Assembly: GCA_050874685.1 (NCBI GenBank)
Contig: JBNMLD010000002.1
Coordinates: 1 to 50,034, forward strand
Source of the DNA: Candidatus Onthoplasma sp.
Lineage (GTDB): Bacteria; Bacillota; Clostridia; Christensenellales; UBA1242
Direction of reading: 5' to 3'
Length of the DNA: 50,034 nt
A program made the position numbers and the translations under genes. How positions within the stretch are numbered: position 1 is the first letter of the stretch; the number at the start of each line of letters is the position of its first letter. This document shows, piece after piece, positions 19,561 through 29,007 of the stretch. The notes below the pieces were generated by a model, which ran no database searches, was not told the origin of the DNA, and saw nothing but the letters and a program-made list of their open reading frames with translations.

Positions 19561-20091
19561 TCAAAATTTAATGGTATTTACCTTATAATTAAATTTTATC
19601 AGTTTCCTATTTTTAACAAAATCTACACCGTGATTATTGATAAATAAATATATTTTATTTTTGGAACAATGTGACAAATTATACACTGCCTTTGAATCAA
19701 ATATAATTTTATGATTATCTCCAAAATGCGTAAAATTATTGCCAACAACAAAACTGGCGAATTTATATGTTTCAGCAAAGGACGATTTATCAAAACAGAT
19801 TTTTGCGCCTATATTTAAACTGGATATGCTAATATCTTTTCCGTTTGTAACGATTAGAGACCTGATTTTTTCTCCCTTTTCAATGACGTTTACACCTGCA
19901 ACAACAACCGTGTTTAAATTCTGTGCCAAAGACAGCAGTTCATTAATCACTACTTGATAATTTTTGTTTGAAAAATCAATATCGTAAATAATTCCATAAT
20001 TAAATATTAATAAATCGCAACTTTTTAGATTTACATAATAATTTAAATAAAAAGATTTATAACTGCCACCAGAGACACAAACAATTTTCAT
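19561..20091 (-). CDS. hypothetical protein (176 aa)
   Basis: ORF only; I recognise no motif. TGA stop. Confidence 0.45.
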   Translation of the reverse strand: MKIVCVSGGSYKSFYLNYYVNLKSCDLLIFNYGIIYDIDFSNKNYQVVINELLSLAQNLNTVVVAGVNVIEKGEKIRSLIVTNGKDISISSLNIGAKICFDKSSFAETYKFASFVVGNNFTHFGDNHKIIFDSKAVYNLSHCSKNKIYLFINNHGVDFVKNRKLIKFNYKVNTIKF

Positions 20092-20164
20092 AAAATATTA
20101 TATGAAAAAATAATTGTTTTTGAATTATTGTTGATATGTAAATTGATTTAATCAAAAATAAAAC

Positions 20165-20479
20165 TTATAAGCACTCAACTCCTGCATTAAGCACATTTTC
20201 AATATCGTTATTTTGAATATAATAAACTATATTTTTGCCTTCCCTTGTGTTTTCAACAATGTTAAGTGATTTTAATATTTTTAACTGATGGCTTATGGTT
20301 GTTTGGTTTGATTCAAGAACAACAGCAATGTCTCCAACACAAAGTGGTTTTATGGTTAAAAGTATTATTATTTTAAGCCTTGTATCATCACTGAACGCAT
20401 AAAAAAAATTAGCAAAGTTTTTCAGTTGTCCATTTTGTGGTAGATGTTTTTTTAAATTTATTTCTTCACTTATATCCAT
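20165..20479 (-). CDS. ArsR/SmtB-family transcriptional regulator
   Basis: FSDDTRLKIIILL...CVGDIAVVLESNQTTISHQLKILKSLNIV is a winged-HTH signature of the ArsR family. Confidence 0.85.
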   Translation of the reverse strand: MDISEEINLKKHLPQNGQLKNFANFFYAFSDDTRLKIIILLTIKPLCVGDIAVVLESNQTTISHQLKILKSLNIVENTREGKNIVYYIQNNDIENVLNAGVECL

Positions 20480-20582
20480 ATTTTGATTTTAACAAAGCGA
20501 TAATGTTTGAAAAAACTTTCACAATGTTTTTTGATGTCGAATAAATACAAATAACATAAAAATTTAAACAAGGAGCAAGAAA

Positions 20583-20777
20583 ATGAATATAAATGCATTT
20601 TATATTTTGTTCGCAATTCTTATTGCGATAATTGCACAAGCGACAAATACCGATTTAGCCAACAATACAACATTTTTGCTTTTGTTATTGCTTGCATTGG
20701 GTGCGTATGGTCAAAATAGTAATAATAACAATAATCAAAATTGTTATGTTTATGGTCAACAACGCAGTTTTATTTAA
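20583..20777 (+). CDS. small hydrophobic protein with an Asn/Gln-rich tail (64 aa)
   Basis: AAGGAG lies 7 nt before the ATG. Two hydrophobic segments are followed by NSNNNNNQNCYVYGQQRSFI. It is divergent from the ArsR gene. Confidence 0.5.
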   Translation: MNINAFYILFAILIAIIAQATNTDLANNTTFLLLLLLALGAYGQNSNNNNNQNCYVYGQQRSFI

Positions 20778-20858
20778 ATTATCTAAAAAATAATTATTTT
20801 ACAAACAATAAATTTAATTAAAAACATTAAAATTTTAATTAAAAATAATATTTTACAT

Positions 20859-20887
20859 AAAAAAATCCACATTTTGTGGATTTTTTG
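20859..20887. terminator. bidirectional terminator (small ORF / trpS)
   Basis: AAAAAAATCCAC-atttt-GTGGATTTTTT. Confidence 0.8.
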
Positions 20888-20911
20888 TTAATTAAATATT
20901 TATTTTATTTT

Positions 20912-21961
20912 TTAATTTTCAAAATAATTTATTCCCATATTGGTTTTCATTTTTATCAAATTTGCATGAGCAACTTTCCTTGCCCTTTCTGTGCCTGCAC
21001 GCAAAATTTCAAAAACCTTTTCAGGGTGTTGAGCCAATTCTTTTCTTCTTTCACGTATTGGTTGCAAAAGTTCTTGAAGAATGTTATTTAAGAATTTTTT
21101 AATTTTCATGTCGCCCAAACCACCATGCATATAGTGGGCTTTTAATTCTTCCAAAGATGAATATTCTGGCAAGTATCTTGCAAAATGTTCAGGCTTGCAG
21201 AATACATCAAGATAAGTAAACACAGTATTGCCTTCAACTTTGCCAGGATCTTCCAAATGCACATGATTTGGGTCAGTGTACATTGAAAAAACTTTTTGTT
21301 TAATCACGTCAGGCTCATCACAAAGATAAATGCAATTGCCAAGTGATTTACTCATTTTGGCTTTTCCGTCAATGCCAACCAATCTGTAACAACTTTCTTT
21401 TTCAGGCAAAACTGCTTGAGGCTCAATCAAAGTTTCACCATAAAGATTATTGAATGAACGTACAATTTCCCTTGCTTGTTCTATCATCGGCAATTGGTCA
21501 TCGCCAACAGGAATTATATTTGCGTTAAATGCGGTTATATCCGCTGTTTGACTTACTGGATATGTCAAAAATCCCATAGGTATTGCACCACTAAAATCTT
21601 TGGATTTAAGTTCCTCTTTAACGGTAGGGTTTCGCTCAAGCCTTGCAAGTGTGACAAGGTTCATATAATAAAAAGTAAATTCAGTCAACTCGCTCACTTC
21701 ACTTTGCACAAAAAATGTAACCTTGTTTGGATCAAGCCCTACAGATAAATAGTCCAACATCACATTTAGGACATTGTCCCTAACCTTTTGAACATTGCCA
21801 AAGTTATCAGTTAATGCTTGGCTATCAGCCAACATCACATAAAATTCATCATAGCCACCTTTGTTTTGCAATTCTATCCTTCTCATTAAACTTCCAACAT
21901 AGTGACCTATATGCAAATTGCCAGTTGGTCTATCGCCAGTTAAAATAATTTTTTTATTCAT
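20912..21961 (-). CDS. trpS: tryptophan--tRNA ligase
   Basis: Class I HIGH-type GNLHIGHY and KMSKS motifs. The overall TrpRS pattern includes GDRPTG and VPVGDDQ-like IPVGDDQ. AAGGAG RBS. Confidence 0.93.
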   Translation of the reverse strand: MNKKIILTGDRPTGNLHIGHYVGSLMRRIELQNKGGYDEFYVMLADSQALTDNFGNVQKVRDNVLNVMLDYLSVGLDPNKVTFFVQSEVSELTEFTFYYMNLVTLARLERNPTVKEELKSKDFSGAIPMGFLTYPVSQTADITAFNANIIPVGDDQLPMIEQAREIVRSFNNLYGETLIEPQAVLPEKESCYRLVGIDGKAKMSKSLGNCIYLCDEPDVIKQKVFSMYTDPNHVHLEDPGKVEGNTVFTYLDVFCKPEHFARYLPEYSSLEELKAHYMHGGLGDMKIKKFLNNILQELLQPIRERRKELAQHPEKVFEILRAGTERARKVAHANLIKMKTNMGINYFEN

Positions 21962-22170
21962 AAATTTCTCCTTAAATTTTAATTGTTAATATTAATTTTT
22001 TATTATTAAAATATTTTCTATTGATTTTTAATAAAATAGTTTTGTATATTTTGTCGCCATATTAATATATTTAATTTTAAAATTTAAATAATTATTTATT
22101 TTTTTAATTGGTTTTTTAAAATAATTATTATTTAATTTTATTTTAATATTTTTATCTAAATTAAATTAAT

Positions 22171-22211
22171 TAAAATAAAAAACTCAACATACCATAAAAA
22201 CATGTTGAGTT
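22171..22211 (-). terminator. rho-independent terminator / candidate attenuator in the trpS leader
   Basis: Minus strand: AACTCAACAT-11 nt loop-ATGTTGAGTT followed by TTTTTATTTT. Confidence 0.7.
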
Positions 22212-22268
22212 TATAATCAAAAGTTTTCGTGGCGCACAAAATACCACTTACACACTGTGTAAGAATAT

Positions 22269-22298
22269 TTACCAAATACGCCAACTTAATCTTTTCAT
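22269..22298 (-). CDS. candidate Trp-rich leader peptide MKRLSWRIW (9 aa)
   Basis: AGGAGA-taat-ATG AAA AGA TTA AGT TGG CGT ATT TGG TAA. It lies between a near-consensus promoter and the terminator, upstream of trpS. Confidence 0.4.
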   Translation of the reverse strand: MKRLSWRIW

Positions 22299-22341
22299 AT
22301 TATCTCCTAAAATTTAAAGCAGACTGCTTAAATCTATTTAA

Positions 22342-22370
22342 ATGTTATCAAATAAACATTTGTATGTCAA
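22342..22370 (-). promoter_or_regulatory. promoter of the trpS leader
   Basis: Minus strand: TTGACA (22370..22365), 17 nt, TGaTAACAT (extended -10; -10 at 22347..22342). Confidence 0.6.
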
Positions 22371-22417
22371 GGCTTTTATAAAATTTGTTAATTTATGTTT
22401 CGCTAGTTTAACTGATA

Positions 22418-23671
22418 TCAATCAAGTTTATTTTTGCTTCGTTTTATTTCATATATCATCATTGCAATCAAATTTGAAGCATACAAAATTGAAAATACAA
22501 TCAACATAATATCAAAAATGATTTGAGAATTTGAAAAACTTAATAAAACAACCAAAGCATAAGTTATCATGCGCACAAAACACAAAATAAATTCTATCAC
22601 TGCTTGATGTTCACTTATGTCTTGATATAATCCCGCCTCTTTCAAATCTCTATTACGAATTATATCATAATGAACTTTAAACAATGTTCCTGATATTGCT
22701 GTGCAAAAGTTAAAGATTATAACCGTGGTTAAACTAGGCAAGCAGACAAACAACACTACACCTATAATAGGAAACAGACTAAACAAAATATATAAACTGT
22801 TGCGGTGCCCTTCTTTTGTAAATCTTGAAAACAAAACAGCCGTAAGCACAACCGACACCCCCACAACACTTGTGATTGCACCAAGGCTCAAATTACTGCC
22901 ACATTGCAACATAATGCACACACTCATAAGAGTGGAAAGCACAGATGTTGTTCCGTAAATCATGCTAACCTTATAAACACTTTTAATTTTAAAATACATT
23001 GGTGGGTTTTGTTTTAAACGTTTGAAATAGTCAATCAAATCAAAATTGCTGTTTTCTGGTTTTTTTGCCTTAACAACAAACGACACGGCAATTTGAATGG
23101 CACAAATAACCAAAACATAGATTGCAACTTGACTAAACGTTGAAATTTCAATCAAAGCACCCATTGTGATTGGAAACACCACACTTACACTTTTTTGCAA
23201 AACAAATGTCAAAACAGCAAATTTGCTCATGCTGGTTCGGCTAACCATTTCTTGTTTTAACACATTATAACTTGACCAATACACACCTTTAGAAAAACCA
23301 TCAAGCAAACCAGCAAGCCAAATATATTGCGCTATCACCTCGCCGTAAAACACAGAGAAAACCACAACAAGTGTCCTTAACAGCAACGCCAGCCTATAAA
23401 TCCAAATCCTGTTTGTTTTTGCAACCAAGAAACTAAAAATAAAATAACCCAGCAACATGCAAGAATATGAAATCAATTCAAAGAGTCCAGCTTTAAAACA
23501 ATAATTATAAGCACTTGTTGAAAATTGATATAAATGTGCAATAAGGAAAGTTGAAATAAACAGGTCTATAACATTAGCAAAAGTGTGACAAAAAGCCAAA
23601 CCACGGTTTGCATGTTTATCTTTCTGGCTGGTTTTTATATCATAATTATAACTCATAATGACATTATACAA
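22418..23671 (-). CDS. polytopic membrane protein, MFS-like transporter
   Basis: 417 aa with about 12 hydrophobic segments arranged in two halves. I could verify no specific family motif by eye. Confidence 0.55.
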   Translation of the reverse strand: MYNVIMSYNYDIKTSQKDKHANRGLAFCHTFANVIDLFISTFLIAHLYQFSTSAYNYCFKAGLFELISYSCMLLGYFIFSFLVAKTNRIWIYRLALLLRTLVVVFSVFYGEVIAQYIWLAGLLDGFSKGVYWSSYNVLKQEMVSRTSMSKFAVLTFVLQKSVSVVFPITMGALIEISTFSQVAIYVLVICAIQIAVSFVVKAKKPENSNFDLIDYFKRLKQNPPMYFKIKSVYKVSMIYGTTSVLSTLMSVCIMLQCGSNLSLGAITSVVGVSVVLTAVLFSRFTKEGHRNSLYILFSLFPIIGVVLFVCLPSLTTVIIFNFCTAISGTLFKVHYDIIRNRDLKEAGLYQDISEHQAVIEFILCFVRMITYALVVLLSFSNSQIIFDIMLIVFSILYASNLIAMMIYEIKRSKNKLD

Positions 23672-23788
23672 TAAAATCTAAAATAATAAAAATAAAATAA
23701 ACAATCAACATTCAATTTTAAATTGCGCTTTATCAAAAATGGCTTTTATATATCAATTTGACAAAAAATTTTAAGATTAAAAAACATA

Positions 23789-23819
23789 CAAAAAAACCTC
23801 GCATTTGCGAGGTTTTTCC
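23789..23819 (-). terminator. terminator about 340 nt downstream of tuf (bidirectional)
   Basis: Minus strand: AACCTCGCAAATGCGAGGTT followed by TTTTTTGTATGTTTTTT. Confidence 0.8.
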
Positions 23820-24157
23820 ACAATTCATCTATAAATTATAATTGATAAACTGTTATTGAAAGATTTCACTGGCCGGTGAACTCTTTATGCTACAACATAA
23901 AATTATCATTCGCTTGCCGTTTGGTAGCTAATCAAACTTGAAGCAGATGATCATAATTCAACATAATCAACCAATTTAAGTTCAATTAAATTTAATTTGA
24001 TCAGGATTAAATTTAACCACAACTTAAACTGAATTGAAAACACTGAATTATACAATTTTAACCTTATAAAAGGATTTAATTAAATTTGTTTAGTTAAATT
24101 AATTAACTAATTTGGTTATTCGTTATGATTAACCAATGATTTACACATCACCAAGGA

Positions 24158-25363
24158 TTAACCAAGAATTTCAGAAACAACGCCTGAACCAACTGTACGA
24201 CCACCTTCACGGATAGCGAATCTCATACCTTTTTCAATAGCGATTGGGTGAATGAGTTCGATTTCCATTGTGATGTTATCGCCTGGCATAACCATTTCAA
24301 CACCTTCTGGGAGTTTGATTGAACCAGTAATATCAGTTGTACGAACGTAGAATTGTGGACGGTAACCATTGAAGAATGGAGTATGACGACCACCTTCTTC
24401 TTTCTTCAAAACGTAAACTTCAGCTTTGAAGTGTGTGTGAGGTGTGATTGAACCTGGTTTAGCAAGAACTTGACCACGTTCAATTTCAGTACGTTGGATA
24501 CCACGAAGCAACAAACCTGCGTTATCACCTGAACGAGCTTCGTCAAGTGATTTACGGAACATTTCAATACCTGTGATAACAACTTTACGTGTAGGTTTAA
24601 TACCAACCAATTCAACTTCTTCGTTGAGGTGGCAAACACCACGTTCTACTCTACCAGTAGCAACTGTACCACGACCTGTGATTGAGAATACATCTTCAAC
24701 AGGCATCAAGAAAGGTTTATCTGTATCACGAACAGGGTCTGGAATGTAGTTATCAACAGCATCCATCAATTCACGAATGCAGTCGCAAGCTGGGTCATTA
24801 ACGTTACCAGCTGATGCAGCTTCCAAAGCTTTAAGAGCAGAACCCTTAATGATTGGAGTTGTATCGCCTGGGAAGCCGTATGAGCTCAACAAGTCACGAA
24901 TTTCCATTTCAACCAAGTCAAGGATTTCTGGATCGTCAACTTGATCAGTTTTGTTCATGAATACAACGATGTATGGAACACCTACTTGACGAGCAAGCAA
25001 GATGTGTTCTTTTGTTTGAGGCATTGGGCCGTCTGTAGCAGCAACAACGAGGATTGCGCCGTCCATTTGAGCAGCACCAGTGATCATGTTTTTAACATAG
25101 TCAGCGTGTCCTGGGCAGTCAACGTGAGCGTAGTGACGTTTTGCAGTTTCATACTCAATGTGTGATGTGTTAATTGTAATACCACGTGCTCTTTCTTCTG
25201 GAGTATTATCAATACCAGCATAGTCTTTTTTGTCGGCATTGAAACCCATACCAGCAAGAGTTAAGTTAATAGCAGCGGTTAATGTAGTTTTACCATGGTC
25301 AACGTGGCCGATAGTACCAATGTTAACGTGTGGTTTAGTTCTATCAAATTTAGCTTTAGCCAT
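24158..25363 (-). CDS. tuf: elongation factor Tu
   Basis: [28 protein letters not shown]. The start at 25363 has an AAAGGAGAA RBS; the track ORF is 10 codons longer. Confidence 0.97.
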   Translation of the reverse strand: MAKAKFDRTKPHVNIGTIGHVDHGKTTLTAAINLTLAGMGFNADKKDYAGIDNTPEERARGITINTSHIEYETAKRHYAHVDCPGHADYVKNMITGAAQMDGAILVVAATDGPMPQTKEHILLARQVGVPYIVVFMNKTDQVDDPEILDLVEMEIRDLLSSYGFPGDTTPIIKGSALKALEAASAGNVNDPACDCIRELMDAVDNYIPDPVRDTDKPFLMPVEDVFSITGRGTVATGRVERGVCHLNEEVELVGIKPTRKVVITGIEMFRKSLDEARSGDNAGLLLRGIQRTEIERGQVLAKPGSITPHTHFKAEVYVLKKEEGGRHTPFFNGYRPQFYVRTTDITGSIKLPEGVEMVMPGDNITMEIELIHPIAIEKGMRFAIREGGRTVGSGVVSEILG

Positions 25364-25554
25364 TTTTAAGTTCTCCTTTTTAAATATAAACAACTATATT
25401 CTAGTTTAATTTGCCAACATAAGTCAAGCAAATTTTAGTGGTTTTTTATTTTTGCAATCAAGTGGTATCAATTTTATTTAGCAGCAAATACCACTTGTTT
25501 ACATCAATAATATAGTTTAAAACCCTACAATAATTTTAACTGTTTAATCAAAGA

Positions 25555-27636
25555 TTATTCAGCCAATTTTTTTCTATCACCGATGATTTTATCAGCAATA
25601 TTTTTTGGACATTCTGCATAGTGGTCAGGAACCATTGTGAATGTACCACGACCTTGTGTTGAGCCACGAAGGTCTGTTGAATAACCAAACATTTCACTCA
25701 ATGGAACTTCTGCGTGAATTACTTGGCTACCATATTTTGCTTCAGTGCCGGTAAGCACACCACGACGTGATGTCAAGCCACCCATAACTGAACCAAGATA
25801 TTCGTCTGGAGTTGTAACTTCAACTTTCATGATAGGTTCAAGCAAAACTGGGTCCGCTTTAGCCATAGCATCTTTAAATGCCATAGAACCAGCAATTTTG
25901 AACGCCATTTCACTAGAGTCGACATCGTGGTAAGAACCACCCAACAAAGTAACTTTGAAGTCGATAGTTTCATAACCAGCAACAACACCAGCCTTTTTAG
26001 CTTCTTGGATACCTGCATCAATTGGTGGAATAAATTCTTTTGGAACTTCACCGCCAACAACTTTGTTTTCAAAGATGTAGCCTTTATCTCTTTCCAATGG
26101 TTCCATCAAAATCTTACAGTGACCATATTGACCACGACCACCAGATTGTTTGATGTATTTACCTTCAGCTTCAACAGCTTTACGGATAGTTTCTTTGTAA
26201 GCAACTTGAGGTTTACCAACAGTAACTTCAACACCAAATTCACGTTTCATACGGTCAACCAAAATGTCAAGGTGCAATTCGCCCATACCAGCGATAATTG
26301 TTTGACCTGTTTGGTCATCAGTGTATGATTTGAAAGTTGGGTCTTCTTCCATCAATTTAGAGATAGCGATACCTAACTTTTCTTGTGCTTGCTTGTCTTT
26401 AGGTTCGATTGCTTGTTGGATAACTGGTTTCATAAATTCCATTTCTTCCAACTTGATAGGATGATTTTCATCGCAAAGTGTATCACCTGTGCCAGTGTTT
26501 TTCAAACCAACAACTGCGCAAATATCACCTGCCAAAACTTCATCAATATCAGTACGGTTATTTGCATGCATGTGAAGCAAACGACCAATACGTTCTTTCT
26601 TTTCTTTTGTTGCGTTCAAAACGTAACTACCAGCACTTAATTTACCGCTATAAACACGGATAAATGTGATACGACCAACATAAGGGTCTGTTGCAATTTT
26701 GAATGCAAGTGCTGCAAATGGTTCATCATCGCTGTTGTTACGTGTAACTTCTGTGCCATCTTCCAATGTACCTTTAATAGGTGGAACATCAATTGGGCTT
26801 GGCATATAGTCAACAACTGCATCAAGCAATTCTTGAATACCTTTATTTTTAGCAGCTGTTCCGCAAAGAACTGGGAACATTTTAAGAGAACATGTTGCTT
26901 TACGGATACCTTTCTTGATTTCATCAATAGTAAGTTCTTCACCCATGAAGAATTTATCCAATAATTCATCATCAGTTTCAGCAACAGATTCAATCATTTT
27001 TTGTCTGTATTCTTGGCATTGAGCAAGCATATTAGCTGGAATCTCTTCTTCTCTAACATCTTTTCCAAGGTCATCATAGAATACATAGGCTTTCATTTTC
27101 ACAAGGTCAACGATACCTTTGAATGTATCAGCTTCACCAATAGGAAGTTGAAGTGGAACAACATTTGCACCCAAAACGTCTTTCATTGATTTAACTGCTT
27201 TTAAGAAGTTAGCATCGTTGATATCCATTTTGTTTACAAAGCAAAGTCTTGGAACGTTAAACTTGCTTGCTTGACGCCAAACGTTTTCGCTTTGTGCTTG
27301 AACGCCTGCACGAGCACTGAACAATGCAACCGCACCATCAAGAACTTTCAAACTACGTTCAACTTCAACTGTAAAGTCAACGTGTCCTGGAGTATCGATG
27401 ATGTTGATTGTGCAGTCTTGCCACTTACATGTGGTACAAGCAGATGTGATAGTGATACCACGTTCTTGTTCTTGTGCCATCCAGTCCATTGTTGCTTCAC
27501 CATCGTGTACTTCACCAATTTTGTGGTTGATACCGGTGTAGAACAAAATACGTTCAGTGGTGGTTGTTTTACCAGTATCAATGTGAGCCATGATACCGAT
27601 ATTTCTAATTTTTTGTAATGGTACTGTTCTTGCCAT
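25555..27636 (-). CDS. fusA: elongation factor G
   Basis: [22 protein letters not shown] and DTPGHVDFT motifs. 693 aa. Confidence 0.97.
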   Translation of the reverse strand: MARTVPLQKIRNIGIMAHIDTGKTTTTERILFYTGINHKIGEVHDGEATMDWMAQEQERGITITSACTTCKWQDCTINIIDTPGHVDFTVEVERSLKVLDGAVALFSARAGVQAQSENVWRQASKFNVPRLCFVNKMDINDANFLKAVKSMKDVLGANVVPLQLPIGEADTFKGIVDLVKMKAYVFYDDLGKDVREEEIPANMLAQCQEYRQKMIESVAETDDELLDKFFMGEELTIDEIKKGIRKATCSLKMFPVLCGTAAKNKGIQELLDAVVDYMPSPIDVPPIKGTLEDGTEVTRNNSDDEPFAALAFKIATDPYVGRITFIRVYSGKLSAGSYVLNATKEKKERIGRLLHMHANNRTDIDEVLAGDICAVVGLKNTGTGDTLCDENHPIKLEEMEFMKPVIQQAIEPKDKQAQEKLGIAISKLMEEDPTFKSYTDDQTGQTIIAGMGELHLDILVDRMKREFGVEVTVGKPQVAYKETIRKAVEAEGKYIKQSGGRGQYGHCKILMEPLERDKGYIFENKVVGGEVPKEFIPPIDAGIQEAKKAGVVAGYETIDFKVTLLGGSYHDVDSSEMAFKIAGSMAFKDAMAKADPVLLEPIMKVEVTTPDEYLGSVMGGLTSRRGVLTGTEAKYGSQVIHAEVPLSEMFGYSTDLRGSTQGRGTFTMVPDHYAECPKNIADKIIGDRKKLAE

Positions 27637-27651
27637 TTAATCCCCCTTAAA

Positions 27652-28122
27652 TTACCAACGATAGTGTGCAAAAGCTTTGTTTGCTTCAGCTTGTCTATGC
27701 ATATCGTCACGTTTTCTGATTGCTCCACCAGCTTGGTTGTAAGCATCAGCAATTTCAGCACTTAATCTTGCGTCCATACCACGTTCGTTACGCTTTCTAG
27801 CAGCCATAACCAACCAACGGATTGCAAGAGTTTGTTGTCTATCAGCGCTAACTTCCATAGGAACTTGATAGTTTGCACCACCAACACGTCTAACTTTTGT
27901 TTCAAGTTTTGGTTTAACGTTTTCAATAGCTTGGTTAAGCACAACCATTGGTTCTTCACCAATTTTTTCAGCGGAAGTTTTCATTGCACTATAAACGATT
28001 GATTGAGCAATACCTTTTTTACCATCTAACATAACTTGGTTAATAAGTTTTGAAACCAAAGCTGAATTGTACAATGGATCAGGTATCACGTCACGCTTTA
28101 CAGCGGCATTTCTTCTTGACAT
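27652..28122 (-). CDS. rpsG: 30S ribosomal protein S7
   Basis: MSRRNAAVKRDV.PDPLYNS...GKKGIAQSIVY...AFAHYRW. Confidence 0.97.
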   Translation of the reverse strand: MSRRNAAVKRDVIPDPLYNSALVSKLINQVMLDGKKGIAQSIVYSAMKTSAEKIGEEPMVVLNQAIENVKPKLETKVRRVGGANYQVPMEVSADRQQTLAIRWLVMAARKRNERGMDARLSAEIADAYNQAGGAIRKRDDMHRQAEANKAFAHYRW

Positions 28123-28165
28123 ATATTTTCTCCTTATAAAATTTTATCAAACATCTTTTGATGTT

Positions 28166-28858
28166 TTAGATTTCCAAACCAATATCATTAAGTAAATCGG
28201 CTTGTTCTTCTTTTGACATTTTTTGTATTTTTTGTCTAAACATAGCCACTGCTTTATCAACAGCAATTTCTTCTTCAGTTTTTTGTTTGCCGATTATAAA
28301 TTCACTGTGTGGTAAAGTTTCAATCCATTTGCAAAATTCTCTCCATTCAGGCAGGCGATGATTTTTGCGTTGATTATAAAGTGTTTTTAATGCTCGATAG
28401 TTTGTTGTAAGCCTTGCAGTTAATTCAAATCCGCTTGGCAAATTATATAAAAGTTTAAGATATTTTTCTGCCTTATCTTCGGCATCTGCTGGGTCAGCAT
28501 CAAGATATTCTTGTTTGATTTCTTCAAGACGTCTCAAAATCAATTTATCAACATACTTATTGCATTGGTCTTCAAGTTTAAACTTGCTTGCCCTGTGCAT
28601 TGTTGATTGACTTGACACAAAATAAACAAATCTATATCTCTCCAATTCAACCCACATTTTATTTGAGCATCTTAAATCAAACGCAACCAAACAACCTGTA
28701 AGGAATTGGTCATGGCCTTCACCTTTTGGTGATTGAGCCAATTTTTCAACTGTTTCTGTAATAACTTCAGTTGGAATATCTGTGTCTATTGCCATTGGAT
28801 ATTTGCTGGCTTTTACACTTTCACTTATATCATAAGTTTTAACATTACTAACTTTCAT
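28166..28858 (-). CDS. divergent ThyX-fold (FAD-dependent thymidylate synthase-like) protein inside the str operon
   Basis: GEGHDQFLTGCLVAFDLRCSNKMWVELERYRFVYFVSSQSTMH parallels the ThyX core GH..FEH..FTF.I....V..Q..RHR..S....S.RY. TTNYRALKTLYNQRKNHRLPEWREFCKWI parallels the ThyX segment N.R.L..F..LR....AQ.EI...A. The start at 28858 (MKVSNVK) has AAGAGG 7 nt upstream. Confidence 0.55.
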   Translation of the reverse strand: MKVSNVKTYDISESVKASKYPMAIDTDIPTEVITETVEKLAQSPKGEGHDQFLTGCLVAFDLRCSNKMWVELERYRFVYFVSSQSTMHRASKFKLEDQCNKYVDKLILRRLEEIKQEYLDADPADAEDKAEKYLKLLYNLPSGFELTARLTTNYRALKTLYNQRKNHRLPEWREFCKWIETLPHSEFIIGKQKTEEEIAVDKAVAMFRQKIQKMSKEEQADLLNDIGLEI

Positions 28859-29007
28859 TTTGTACCTCTTACTATTTAATTTTGCAATGTTATAGTATTT
28901 GGCACTCACTAAAAACTAATGTGACTTTGTTTTAATTGACTATATCATCTCAATCAAAACTTATTAACTAAATTTTGTATTGAGAGTACTTGGTTTTATA
29001 TTAAACC

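Noticed and set aside
22171-22335. T-box riboswitch upstream of trpS
   Set aside because: It is expected for a Bacillota aaRS gene, and UGG triplets are present. I found only a weak AGUGGUA fragment rather than the conserved T-box sequence (GGGUGGUACCGCG). There is no recognisable Stem I with GA/AG-bulge motifs, and the leader is only about 160 nt. The question stays open pending a covariance-model scan.
25364-25393. N-terminal extensions of track ORFs (tuf, rpsM, rplX, rplC, mnmA, the ThyX-like gene)
   Set aside because: In each case an internal start codon is preceded by a good Shine-Dalgarno sequence. That start also matches the conserved N-terminus or avoids overlap with the upstream gene, so I used the shorter coordinates.
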